This document shows, piece by piece, positions 46,524 to 59,960 of a stretch of 64,000 nucleotides of DNA. Below the pieces are notes generated by a model, which was given only the letters and a program-made list of their open reading frames with translations, did no database searches and was not told where the DNA came from. Source of the DNA: Yuukianura sp. NJ FZ-2021 (Eukaryota); NCBI GenBank assembly GCA_046563655.1, contig CM102289.1:5270001-5334000 (forward strand). The letters run 5' to 3'. How positions within the stretch are numbered: position 1 is the first letter of the stretch; each line of letters starts with the position of its first letter. Both the position numbers and the translations under genes were made by a program.

Positions 46524-49500
46524 TTCTCGTAAAGCGATTGAAAGTGAAAGTCTGTCTCTGCTTATTAAGTTCCGTCGAAGGAGAAAGTTCTAGAAGATCT
46601 AATCCGCCACCCACACCCTGCCACAAGTCCAACCCTCAACCACCGGCTTTCCTCTACTTTCTCCACCAATCAAAATTTCAGTTTTTTAAATTTCCAAACT
46701 TGACTTTTTCAAAATTTTGAAACTGTAATGAGTGAGTTTACTGTTAATAACTAAAGGTCACCGCAATGACGAAGTTCTGGAGGAGGTTGATTAACGACTG
46801 ACGACGTCGATGTTGCTCCGTTGAGTTCCAAGATTCGACTGAAAGAGTCTCAGCGCCGTTTGGCGGCGGGTGGGAAAATTTGAAATGCAGCAAGGGGAAG
46901 TTTTCACTGGCAAGGGAGTGGAGACGACGAGGAAGTACGTAGTAAGTGGTGGTGAAAGAAAGGGAAAAGTCCTTGTAAGGAATATAAAGTGATCTAGTGG
47001 TCGTGGTGCGCCTTTCTACTGCACTTATACTGCATGGGCCCTCTGCCCATGCGCAGACACAAAAATTGCAACAAGCCACACACCAGACTCCAGCCACCAC
47101 CCCGTTTTCCAATATTACAAGCGACGTCTAGCTGGCCAGTCTCAGAAATTAAACCGGCACAAAGCAGAACAGAAAAACACGGAAAAAGTTTTTTGGCACA
47201 ATCATGAGGGGAAAGTTGTTGCCTTGTTCCAACAATTTTGAACGACCCCGCCATTCCCACGCCCTGGTTCGATTTACAAAGCGGTTTTATTTTTAGTCAA
47301 AAATTGATTCTTTTTGCAAATATGAGTAACATAGTCCATCCATTATCCCCCTTTTTACAGTTTTTGTATATGAATCATAGTCACAACGTTTAAGTTAAAA
47401 AGCAACACTTTTGGCGTCTGTTTTGCTCTGACTCATGTAGAGACTGAGGTACCAGTAATTTCCTTATTATGGCACTCTTTTTTTTTAGGGCGCTTATCGA
47501 TAAAACTTCTTTGTTCAACCAAATTACAATTTTACACCACCATCCACCAGAGCCGTTGGGCAAAAAAAAACAGAGCGAGGGTAGATTTGAATCGATTTTC
47601 CATTACATTGACGACGACAACGATGGAGCGACTGCTGCTGCTGCTGCTGCGGCTGGAGAACCTTATAAGAGTTTTCTTTTACAACCCAAAAAAGCAAGCG
47701 TTTTTCTCCGTCTCTGCATGCGAACTTACTAGAACCAGAAAAAGAATTATTATTATTGATATTCCAAAAAAAAAATTCATGCAAAAGGTATAACCTAAAC
47801 CGCGAAAAATTCACATCCATCAAACTCAGCTTTGTTGCTTACATGTTTGCAAAACTGTGCATGAAAAGTGCACTAAACATTTCCAAAAACAATTGGCAGT
47901 TTTAGAGAAGGAAAACACGAATAACCTAAATTCAGAAAATCTACAGAACGTTTTTTGAAAACAACTTTTGAAAACTATTAACGCTTAACTCTGACATCTT
48001 TGGGAATTTTAATTTTTGGCACGCTCAAAATTTTGATTTTGGTTTAATTAATTAGGATAGTTTGCATCAATTAAAACAATCTTTCTCAGGGTGAATTCCC
48101 TGTGCATGAGGGAAAGGAACTTTTTAATGTGGTTTTGTTTATGATTCCGATTAGAAAAATTGCCCATTTCCAGACAGTTTCGATTTGATTTTGAGTTTTT
48201 GTGGTGATAGAATGGGTGGAATAAAAAGTAAAATTGGTTTTTTGGGTGGAAGAGTGATTTTAGAGGAGTTCAAGGCTACTGGGCATGACTTCTTAACAAT
48301 GGAGATGAACAATTTGTTACGGATGAATTCCATTAAAAGTCTCTCTTTCGACTGCGGATGGAAGAATCATCATCATCATCATCACTCTCTGAAATCATCA
48401 TTCATCACATTCACTCTGAGCAGTAAAACAGGCTTCCATGTCTGACAATGAACTTTGCAGAGAGACGCATGACGCAGACGCCACGGGCAACAATTCAATT
48501 TTCACACGGTTTTCCTAGCGGCCATGATCCAATTAAAGGCTCAGCAAGACGCAGAAGGCAAAACCGCGAAGCATTCAAATTTATGTGGTAGTTGTGACAA
48601 AGCCACTTCCCAAAATGGACAATTTTGAATTTTCACTTTGGCCAAATCCGACATTTGAAAATTTGAAATTATTCGAGGTAGCAAGAGATGCTATGGAGGC
48701 TGTAAATTAAATATTTAGACACTTCCTTTCTGACGAGAGCCAACTTCCACGCGTTCTCTACACCAAAACGAAACAAGCTTAGGAAGGCTGTTTAAAAATT
48801 AATTTTGAGTGAACTCGAAAGAAGCTCCGGCTTAGGAAAGACAATTTTCTGGAACATAATTCCTGGAAAATTCATTTTTAAAAAAACTTAATATTTTGAA
48901 AGAACTGCTTTTAAAAACTACTCTAGCATAGTAATTTTTTAGAACCCATTTCTGAAATTTTTTGCTTGCTTGAACAGGTTATTTTTGTTTGACGCTTTTG
49001 CTGCTGTTCATTGTCTTCTTTGCAAAAAGTTTAGTATTGATCCAAACAAGTTCATCGCTCTTTCCACCCCAAAGACTTCAGCAGCCGTTTGTTCCAGTTC
49101 TGCAAAATTGGATTTTCGCAACATCGAAGAAAGTTTGCATTTTTTGAAAGTTTCGTATCAGAATTTCCCGCTTTCACGCCACCTCGCGTCATCTTGTTGC
49201 CGTTTTGAATGCAACTCCAAAAATTCTGCTCTGAAAGCAGGACAACACGCTAGATGGATGCAACAGTCCAGATGTAAGAACCAAGCCAAGGTTTTAGTGG
49301 CTTGAACTTTCCCACGCCGCCTAGACATGACGCTACGCGTTTGAAAATTTTTCCGTCGATTTCATAAATTCAAAACCACAAAAGTTTTTTTAATGGTTTC
49401 ACTGCTTTTGATTTCCGAATTTCCAGTTCGGTCGTTTCATTTTTTCCAATCTTCTTTTTACACTTTTTGTAATCAGCTTTTTAAGTCATTCTGAAATATC

Positions 49501-52500
49501 TAGTCAAGCTCCAAGTTCGTTTTGTGGTTACAACTTCATCCGGATAGCTTTACATGTTCAAGTGTTACAAACCAAACCTGACACATTTGGAAAGTTTTCC
49601 ACAAAAGGTCAAAGGTCAGCCCGACCTAGAAATTTTTTATACTAGTAGTTGAATATACATATATGATGTTCCAGGAGAGAACAATGGTAGGAAGGAATGC
49701 ATGACAGAAGAATTTGGACAAGGGCGTGCTCGGTCCAGTGTCTCAACATGGGCATGGAATGCAGTTGGAGCCCTTGAAGTGTCCAGCGACCATGTGTGGC
49801 TAAGGGTCCCTATGCATTACATTCTGTTACATAATTTCTGTTACACAGAGAGAAGATGATGCTTTATTTTTCTTTTGGATCGTTAAAGCATTCTCAAAAG
49901 AAAGCCTCCTTGTGAGAATTATGTAATTGTAAATTTCCTTTGTGAAGAAGATGCATTATGGTCAGGGGCATGACAGAGTCTCAATGTCAGTTTTACTTCA
50001 CTCGGAGGAACAATGTTAATGGCTCCAAATCCATTCAAAAGTGTAACTTCCATTTCCTTTTCAATTCAACTTTGTTTTTCGTCGTTTTTGCTTGTTTGAG
50101 TAGATTAGTGCTGCTGCGCATCAAGGGTTAGTGAACTCTGAACAAGAAAAAATGGCGCCTCAAACCAACTTTTTGATTTGAGTAGCAAAAAAGTGCAAAT
50201 CCGGAAGGTCATGGCAATTGTTGACTCTTTAGTCCCGCTGCACAGGAGACAACGTAATCCTTTTCCTCTGCAAAATTACAAAAATCACCACTTCCTTGAT
50301 TTTAAACAAAAATTTTTGCACAGCTCGTGTCATTTCCTATTTGCAATTTTCCCATATCCTCCGCACCTCTGCTTAACCATTAGCCCCGTGGCGGCCAATT
50401 AAGAGTCTCGGTCGACAAAATTGTTCAACGACCTTTACAAATCGCTCCAAAGTAATAAAAAAATACAGACAAAAGTAGCGAAAACACGAACACTTACAAC
50501 AAAGAATTTGGTCCAAAAATTTGCAATTTGAGAAGCCCAGACAAATAAATGGATTCGGTGACTTTGAAGTTGTGATCTCCATGATGCATCAAATTCTTTT
50601 TCTGAAAATAATCGCAGCAATGCGCCAAATTTATCTAAAAGTGATCCCATCACTTTCGATTTTTTGTGGGCGCATTTTTCGTTTGGTGCAGAGACTTCGT
50701 CGGTGAAATGTGTTTCTCTAAAAACAGTTTTTGGCTCAGAATCAAAACCTTTTGTTTTTTTGGAACGGAGTAGTGAGTGGATGAAAGAACAAAAAAAAAC
50801 AATCAAAAAAATCTTTCAGAAGTCATTCAAAATTGGCTCAATTTTTCAATTGGAAACAACGATGAGTCTTGTCCTAAATTGGACCATTGTGGTACCGTCA
50901 TCTTTAAAATATGAACTTACACATCTATGATCCATCAGGAGGTTGATGGTGATTACATCGCGCCCAAATTTGGCCACTTCTGTAACTTTTCTTCTGAAAA
51001 ATACAGTTTTTTGGGAACGGATATGACAACATAGCAGTAGCAGTACAAAACAACATAGAATTTCAGATCAGCATGGACAGAGATTCTCTTTGAATTTCAT
51101 GCCCCCTGAAATTAATGGTGGTTTTTCGGATTTGAAACAACTTCCGTTTTTTTCCCGAAAATTGTGGTTGCTCTTTGTAGTTGTACAAAATCAATCATGG
51201 GAGACAATTGTTGTCCGGCAGGAAGCTTCCATTGTTTTTTTTTGTCATCCTCTTCTTTTATTTCTTTTTTGTTCAAAAGTTGCCAATTTTGGTTTAAACA
51301 AACAATGACACAGAGAGGTATACTTTTGCCAAATTTGGTCAAAACACAACACGGAGTTTGTTTTATTGTCTGGAATTTCAATTACATTTGGTCTGTGTAA
51401 GTCTAACATCAGAGAAATTTTCCTTAAACAAAAAAAAACATCATACACAGAGGACAAAAACATACGTATTTGTAAAAGCGATTCTTTTGTAAGGTTTGTA
51501 TTTTGTGTAATACATTTTCAATATTAAAAATGTGAGGTTTTTAAGTGTTTGCAACAAAGGAGCAGTATGGTTTTCAGATGTTTGTAAAAGTTTAAAATGA
51601 ATGGAAGAAAAAGATGAGATGTTCTTCCGGTTATTAAATTTCATCTCCTTCAACTTTCCATATCCTTTTCCTTCACGTTTTTTCCTGCTTTCTATAGTTA
51701 CTCCCTCCGCCGTCTCGCGGATCATCCATCTCCGCTTTTAGAAAATCCGGGTTTTTCAGTTTACTTTTTGTTAAAGCGTAGATTGAAGTTAAGCCAACCG
51801 CAACCGCCATTTATGTGCAAAAGTGCACAAATCCTCCATTATTTATTACGTTATCTGAAACGTTTCAATTTCAAAAAGTTTCCATCAAAAACTGGAGAAA
51901 AATTATCGATATGTTTTGTAACCGTATCTGCTGCGCACAAGCCTTTTCAGATGTTGACGTTAGAAAAGCAAAATTAGTCTTTACCAGAAATCAGTTTTGA
52001 AAATGACGTGAAAAGCAAAAAAGGCGTTTTGTCCAAAACAGACTGGAGTTTGGTTTCAAGTTTTGGCGGTGTCCAATTTCAAATGCAAAATATTTTCAAT
52101 TTTCCAGTTTTGAGTTTAAAAGAACAAAAAAAAACTTGATTTTGCCAAAATTATTTCCAATATCAAATCATTTTTACGGCAAAGCAATCGCCCAGAAATG
52201 GGAAGAAATGAAACCAGTTTGAGCTTACATTTCTTAAATTGATCAAGTCTTGAATTATGACCTTTGACATTGAACAAGGTCATTCACCTTGTGTAAGTCA
52301 AAAAAAAATAAAGTTTAAACATTCAGATATCCCGAAATTAAAATTTTGTTTCTGAAATAAAATTCATTTCACCTCTGGGTTATTCCCAGTCAAATAATTT
52401 TCAACCTGCCTCTTCCGACATGTTTTGTGACCGTATAAGGGGAAAGTTGATTGCTTTTTCCAAAACGTAGAGTGAAAATCCATTTCCCTTTCTACTTCAA

Positions 52501-55500
52501 CTCCGAAATCCAGAAGCCTTTGAGGGAGAGTCATGCATAATTCCTTCAAAAGCTTTTTAGTTTTTTTCCGTTTGAAGTTGATCATCATAAGCCTTCTGCT
52601 CTCATCATGTTTTATTATTCTGGATGGAATTAACACACATTCAATTTTATTACAACCGATTTTCTCAAAATTGCTTTCCTAAAAATATGCCAAATTTTAT
52701 TAGTCACCATTTTTGAAATCGTGCTCATTCCCCGAACCGTTCAAAATTAACGTTTGAACAAAGTTTCAAAAATCTGTGAAACAAAACTTTTCTTGTTCAG
52801 CCCACCAGCTCGAAATTCCAGTTTCACTTTAATTATATTTTAACGTTTTTCCTCTGCTCTTTTTTACAAAAGTTTTAAAAAGAACAATGTTTTTGATTGT
52901 TTAATTTTTACCGCTTTATTCATTAAACTATTTTGATAAATTGCCAAGTTTAGTCTAGGAGTTGTTGGATAATTTTTTGTTGTAATCCATCCACTTTTCT
53001 ACAAAAGTTTGGGCTCACGGTTATTTCTGGCTCGAAATTCAAAAAAATGCTTGGGCGTGGCAAACCAAATAGTTCTAGAAGCGTGTTTTTTTCAATGCGT
53101 GAAGTAGTACACCAGAGAAAAAGCGGAGAAAAGGACCTATGAAATTTGGTGAAAGTGGAAAGGAGAAAGCAGCTCACGGGTGAAAGTATCGACCGACCCT
53201 ATGCGGCAGCGGGCCAAGTTGGGCCCGCCACGCTTCTTTTCTGGCGAGGTCATTGCCCTCCGCAGAAGCTCCCCAACTAATAGCACACTCTGCGCGTCTA
53301 GCAAACCTATTTTGGGGGCGGGGGAGAGTAGAGTGGTGGAGGGGGAGGACTCTAGTACGTCGTAGTAGACGCAAAAGCGACACGAGGCAAAACTACGCTC
53401 CAGCTCCCCTTCCACAGAATCGCTTCAAGCGGGAAGGGAAGAAAACTAAAATCCAGGAAATTCGAATTTACAAGTGAAAGCAGAAAACTGACGAGAAATT
53501 CGAAACAAAAAACCGGAGAATTTAAATTTTTTACAACTTTTAATCCCACACTACCTAACCCAGACACAAAAATTGTCAAGTCGTAGTATTTTGTCCTGTT
53601 TTGTTTGAAAGTTGGCTAATGCTAGAATGACTCCAAAGTTAACTGTCAGTTGGTTAATTATGAAGCATAATTGGTTTAGCTTTTTGGTCCTTTTTGAGAA
53701 CCCGCCGATCGTTACTTTTGCGTGTGTTGAAAGGTTAAAAATATTTTAACTTCAATGAAAAATGAAAAACTGTTTCTTTTTCTTTATATGGAATAACATC
53801 ATTTTTCTAACTCTAATTTTTTAGACTCTTTATGAGTCCTAGTCACGTCAAAAAATAAAACAAAGTGTTGGTGTCAACGCCTACTTTTCCAAGTAAGGCT
53901 ACGTTTTAAGGGATTTCAAAATTTCGACAATTTGAACAAAAAAGATTACAATAAATTCAAAACACCTCACGTACTCTACAACACATACACAACTGCGTGG
54001 ATATTTTTGGACGGAAATGTTGAGCATGATTTTCGATACAAAAACTTTGTTCGAGACATAGAAATCAATTTTTGGAAAAGAGTTGGAGGGCGTGGATGGG
54101 AAAGTGGATGTCCCAAGAGAAAACTGTTTCTGTACATGATAAGTTTTGCTGGTGTCCTGGAGGGCCATGTACTTTCTCCACTTTCACAGAAGTTGGATGG
54201 AAATGAAGACGAAGCGTTCAATATATTGAATCTTTCGAACCTTCCCTCCACCAGTTTCCAGCCATTTTCTCTTCCAGTGTTCCTTTCTCCAGCGATTTTC
54301 TTCTTCTTTCACTAGAATTCTACAAGATGCGACTGAGATTTCCAAAGCCATTTTATTGAGCCCAGGTTTGCCTTTGTGAAAAGAAATGAAAAAGTGGAAT
54401 TGGAAGACACTTTCTCAGAGATTTAAGGATCTTGAGCCACCAGCAGCGTCAAACTCCCTGGAATTGACACTCCGCTCTTGTCTTCTCCACTAAAGACGCT
54501 TCGAGGACAGAAGATCAATAACCTCCATTTTGAATCCTCCATCTGAAAACTCACCTTGTTCAAAAAGATAAAAGAATTAAAAAGGAGTTTTTGAGTTTCT
54601 GCGCAGTAGGGGTGTGGGAACATGCGCAAATGTAACAGAATGCATCCTTGTTTGTTGAATGGGAATTGAAATGTTAGTAATTAGTTGGGTGTAAAATCAT
54701 CTGCATCATCCCATCATTAACGAACTGTTTAATTTCCTTCCTCCCAACGGAGATCACCCCCCTCTTCCTGTCTAAACCAAAATAAACGTCTGATTTTAAA
54801 TAATCCTCCAACTTTACGCGCAATTTAAAGTGTTAACAATTTGCGAAAAGTCGTGCAAAAAGGTAGTTGTCCCTCTTCAAGGACATGGAGGACTCTTGAG
54901 AAAATTGCAACTTGAGACACACAGAAAATGGACAATAAACTTCTGGCTAATGTTGGGGATCGTGGGGAATGAAAAACTTCTATTTTTTTATACCACAAAA
55001 TCCACCGTCTCATTTTGCCATTATTTTACAAAACTTAGCAAATGGATGCTTTGTTAACACGATTTGGTCAACAGCAATTTGGTAAACATAAATCAAAAAG
55101 CTGAAATCCAAACATGCTGCAAATTTAGCAAATTGTCTCAGTTTTGCATTGTTGAGAAAATTACGTGTTGGTCGAATTGTGTTGATCTAATAACCATTAA
55201 AGCCTTTTTAGGAGAGAAAAAACAGACAAAAGGGAAATGGAGTTGATTTTTTCTGTGCTGGCATGATAGTCCTTCATTTTTAATTTGCCAAAGTCATGGA
55301 CAGACAAATGGAGAGGTCATTGTCCAGTACATTTCCTAATTATAACCCAGCCCATCCGCATCCTCTCAATTTAAAAAAATAGCGCCTACGTTGAATTTAC
55401 TAACTTCAAAAAAATTCATCTTCAATTCACACTTCCAGCAGAACCAGATGAATAATTTCCACTCACACGTAGAGATCCATGTAAAAAATGCGCAGAACCA

Positions 55501-58500
55501 AGTCAAAACTCACAGAAAATGGTCCAATTTGTGCCAAAATTCTCATCTCGTCACCTCATGCATATTGAACAAATTTATTCAAAAAATTCCCAACTTTTTC
55601 AGAAAAAGAAAAGAAGATTTTTCTCCTAGTACTACCAAAAATCTTTCAAATTACATAAAGGTCATTTTCATGCAAACTTCGTAGATGAAGAACATGAACT
55701 GAATAGTACTATTTTGTGAAGGGCACGAAATTTTGCAAATTTTGAAAAGTAAATGGTTCATCATTTCTTCAAAAAAAACTTCTTTTTTCTTTAAAAAAAA
55801 TTAGCTTCTCATGTTTTAGTAATTTGAGCCAAGGGCTAAAGTAAAAACCATATCGTGCACTCCATCGTACTTTAAATCACCAATTATTTTCCTATTTCCT
55901 TCCTAACTCCCGTACACTTAAAACCATTTTTTTCCAAATTGCAATTTCGTAATTGGCAATTCAGGTTCCCCGGAAGGGGAATGATCCCTTTATTGGAAAT
56001 TGGCAATTTGGAAATATTATTCAAAAGTTGAAATTTTTTTTTTCAAAGTAACAGGACGCGGGGCCATTTAAAGTGTCATTGGCACTTGGGCTGCGCCGTC
56101 ATCTACCTTCTGTAATTTGCACCTCATTGTTATATTTTTAAAGTCCAAAGCCTTCTCTCTCTGTTGTTGACGCTAACGAGCCAAGGGTGATGATGCAAGA
56201 GACTTTTAGGTGGAAGTGTCAAGAATACCAATTTCCGAAGGCTCAAAAAAGCCTTAGAATTTGCAATTTGCAAATTTTGAAGTGCTTCCTTCCTCTATCC
56301 GTTGTAAGGTTTTTTAAGCCTGTCAATGAGGTCATGCAAGGTCATTTCTTCGAGAAATTTTTGGCTTCGAAAGGTTCCGACTTCCTGTGCTTATGTACAA
56401 ATCACACATAATGTATTACGACTGTGTCCATGTCCCACTTACACTTAATGAATTGAAGGTAGAAAGGTTACTTCACTGCGTGCTAACAGCGGAAACTGCT
56501 GTTGTTCTTCCTTTTCCTTTTGGAAAGTGAAAAACAATTCAGGCATTTTGATGTATTTTGAAAAAAAGATTTGGATCAGTTTGCTATTTTTGAAAGAAGA
56601 AAAATACGAGGAAAAAATTATGAATCGCGCATAAACCTTAAGGCTGGAAGTAAACATAAGATTTTGGAATCTGAAAATAGAATATAGGAAAGTACACAAC
56701 TTTGTACGGCATAATTTGTTTTCCAATTTTGGAAAGTTTTTGAAAATTGCGATTTTGTTTTTGTAGAAAGCAAAAAACTTTCTTAATAACTGAGAGACTT
56801 TGGCTAATTTGGAGACCAAACTTCTCAAAAAATAGACAAAACAAAAACAAGAAAGACGGAAATACAATTCGATATCGACTTTTGAAAACGTTTGTATGAA
56901 TGACATTTTAAACAAAAATGACAAATTAGTGTATAATATTCAAATCAAAACCTTTTTCTTAAGAAAATTTGGAAAACCATATTTACCAAGAGTTTGGATT
57001 TGCTGAAAGTGGAAAATAAACTTGTAAAACATCATAAAGTTCTGGCACAAGAATAGACATGACGAAATTAAAATTTCCTCAATATTTCATTAGTTTTGTC
57101 TCGTGGTGGTTTAGATCGATTTAGCACTTAATTATTCAAAGGTGCTCAACCATAAAACTCTGAAAAATCGGATTTTCGTCTGATCGTTCACGAGGTTTAG
57201 CCCAACATTTTATGGTTTGGTGTTTCATTTCTAAAAATAATGCTTGTTCTGACTTTTGGGTTGCGCATGTTAGTCACTTTCGTTCTCCGTTCTACTGTAA
57301 GTTCAATATTTATGAAAGATTGGATTTTCCGGTGAGGTGAGTTACCTGGGACTCGATTGTAATATAAATTTTTGAGTAAGGTAACCGAGCCATGCCTAGA
57401 GGTTTGAGTGGTTGAGGTTTTGTTTCGTTTTTTCGTAAGGTGTTTTAAACATTTTGTTTTAAAACAAATTAAAAATCCACGATTTTGTCCACTTTTTGTG
57501 AGTCAACATCATGTGACTTTGGCGTTATATTTTTAAAGAACTGAAATTATTGTTATTTCCACCGCGCTAGCATTCCCAGAGGTTCATGTTACATATAAGT
57601 AAGGCTTTGTAAACTTTTTAAAGTCAACTCGCCCATTATAAATTTTGAATCCAAGTGCTCATAATGATAGCAACATTTTGAACAGAGCGCACGGCGCTAG
57701 TTTTCAAACTTTCTCCAGCCGCCGCCACACGCTACTTTTCTCCAGAGGCAAACGACCTATCGACCACTTTCTTTCTGAACTCAGCAAAAAACGGAGGGAA
57801 AATTCAAACGCTTTACTTTCTCCTCCGAAACTCTCTAACCCCATTGTAATCCATCCTACTTAAGCCCATTACAAACTTCAGGAACAGCAAGAAAATATTT
57901 TGGTCCAAGGTTTTGGAACCAAAATTTTTGGATGCCCATGCGTACACCGTCCAAGATGATCCGAATTTGGGGATTTCAGGAGTCATAAAATGTGGTAAAA
58001 AGTGAAAGTGGCAAACCCTTAGCATCCTTGCAGCATCATGCCTCTCGCATAAATAATTTCTTATGGTCCTTTCCCTGTAGAGTTTTAGTAGTTGTAACAT
58101 CTAATTTATTTAAAATTTGAAATCTGCGCGGATCTGGGTTTTCCGAAAAAAACATGCAGGCTTTCTCCAAGGTTTGAAATCCAGATGGAGAAAGTCGATT
58201 TTGTTCCACCGCTGGTAAGTTCTATTTTTGTTCTCTAGCGACCACAGTAGCATAGAAGAAGGGCGAATGAAGATGAAGATTCCACATTTTCATTTGGGAA
58301 AAGAGCGGCGTAAAAGTCATGTCTTTTGATTATGAAACCCCCAAGAGAGTTTTCCGAGAAGAAAATGAAATGGTGACACTCCCTTCCGCTCATGTGGCTT
58401 TCTTCATTTTTCAAAACACTACTCATCCATGTTCACAAATTCCACTGGCATTGGAATATCCGGAAATTCGAAATTTGAAAAACCTTCATTTTTTTGAACC

Positions 58501-59671
58501 GATGCTAGTTAAAGTTAGAATAAAATTTGGAATTTGTTTGAAACTCGCCTCTGGCTCCCATTCAACTCCTAGGTAAGGAGTACTGAGGTGTGACATTTTT
58601 TATGGGAAGACACTCACCCGTTCCTTTTCAAGTGACAAAGTAAATGAGAAACCACTTCTTACATAACCATTGTAAAATTTTATTCACAGTTCTTCATCTG
58701 TTCATGCGCGCCTCTTTTCAAAACTGTTTTCTGTTTTTGTCGTTTATGCGTTGTTGTTTGACTGACTACGACAGTTTCCTGTTCATCGATTGCATAATTA
58801 GACTAAATACGTAGCAAACAAAATTCAAAGTTTCGAAACGCTTCACGGAAGGGTTTTTTTTAGCCAAGGCTTTTTAATAAAAAATTCCCTGTTTCAAAAT
58901 ATTATTTTGGTTAACTTTTTTCCTCCATTCAAAAAGCGGGCCGTCATCAGACAGAAGTAAATTTGATTGTGATTGTATACAATGTTTAGAAGTTTGTTTT
59001 GAGTAGGACACTTTTTTGAAAACTTTTTTGATTCTGTAAGTGAAGTTTTGTTACACAAGGTGCTACTTTGCACAAAGAAAAAAAGTGGGTCCTTGCTTTT
59101 TCAACAAAATAAAAAAAAATACTTTTTTTATTCTGACTGAATTTGGAAGGGTTTGATATTTTTGAAAGTTGAGAAAATGTTGTTGGTTGTGGCAAAGGGG
59201 GAAAGGGCAAAGCGTGTGGCGTGTTCAAGGAAGTTTTTTGAAGAAGCAAAACGGGAGTCGTAGTTAGCGTTGTTCTATCGATCTCCAACTGGAAAACCCG
59301 GGTTTTAGATGGGAGAGGGTAGAACTTTACTTGAAAAAAAAAAGACGGAAATTTCTGGCACGTGGAGATCTCCGTCTTTTGAGCCCCGAGTGAGAGTCGT
59401 AGTCGCGGCAGAATTCTATTTCTAGTTTCTAGCGAAATTGGGAATGTCTAGGACTAGAGAGAGAGAGAGTGAGAGTGGGGTTAGGGGAATTCTAAAGGTA
59501 CAAAACTTTCCTTTTTGGTTAGCCACAGTGAAAGTTTGTTCATCTGAACATATTCGGAAGCCTAACATGCTAAACCTAGCCTAAACGAGAAAGTTCAACC
59601 GAAAATATTGACTGCGTTTGTACTAATGTATTCTCTCCTAACTGGGGGGCTTCGAGCACATTCACAGCTCA

Positions 59672-59960
59672 GTGCATAAAACTGGAGAAAGAACTTTCTC
59701 AGCGAAAATTCCTAACAAGCTACTCCTGCCAGAATGTAATCGGACTTTAGCCTTTTGTACCAAATAATGTAAAAACTAACCTAAAACCTAAATAGCAGGC
59801 CTATACTAACCTAACAAAAACCTAAAGAACGCAGCAGTAACATTTTAGTTGTTACAAAACCTAAAACCTTGTAAAAAGCTTAGCTTCACATTCTAGTTGC
59901 AGAAAATTAGTAAAGCTCCGGTGAAGCTATGAGGAGAAAGCACTTTCTCCTTTTTTGCAC
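59672..59960. mobile_element. Possible decayed inverted-repeat element
   Basis: Ends gtgcataaaactggagaaagaactttctc and gagaaagcactttctccttttttgcac are inverted copies. Inner pairs such as agaatgt/acattct, and an aacctaa-rich core. No clear TSD. Confidence 0.45.

Noticed and set aside
47632..48384. (CTG)n at about 47632 and (CAT)n at about 48366, giving poly-A/Q/L/H in short ORFs
   Set aside because: Short microsatellites in non-coding DNA; the ORFs have no other coding signal.
53899..56924. ORFs of 90-159 aa (e.g. 53932-54315, 56445-56924)
   Set aside because: Non-ATG starts or F/K/L-rich composition typical of AT-rich non-coding DNA; no recognisable domain.
43093..58620. Strong orphan minus-strand GTGAGT donors at 43098, 54554 and 58617
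   Set aside because: Could mark non-coding exons, but no matching acceptor or ORF could be supported.
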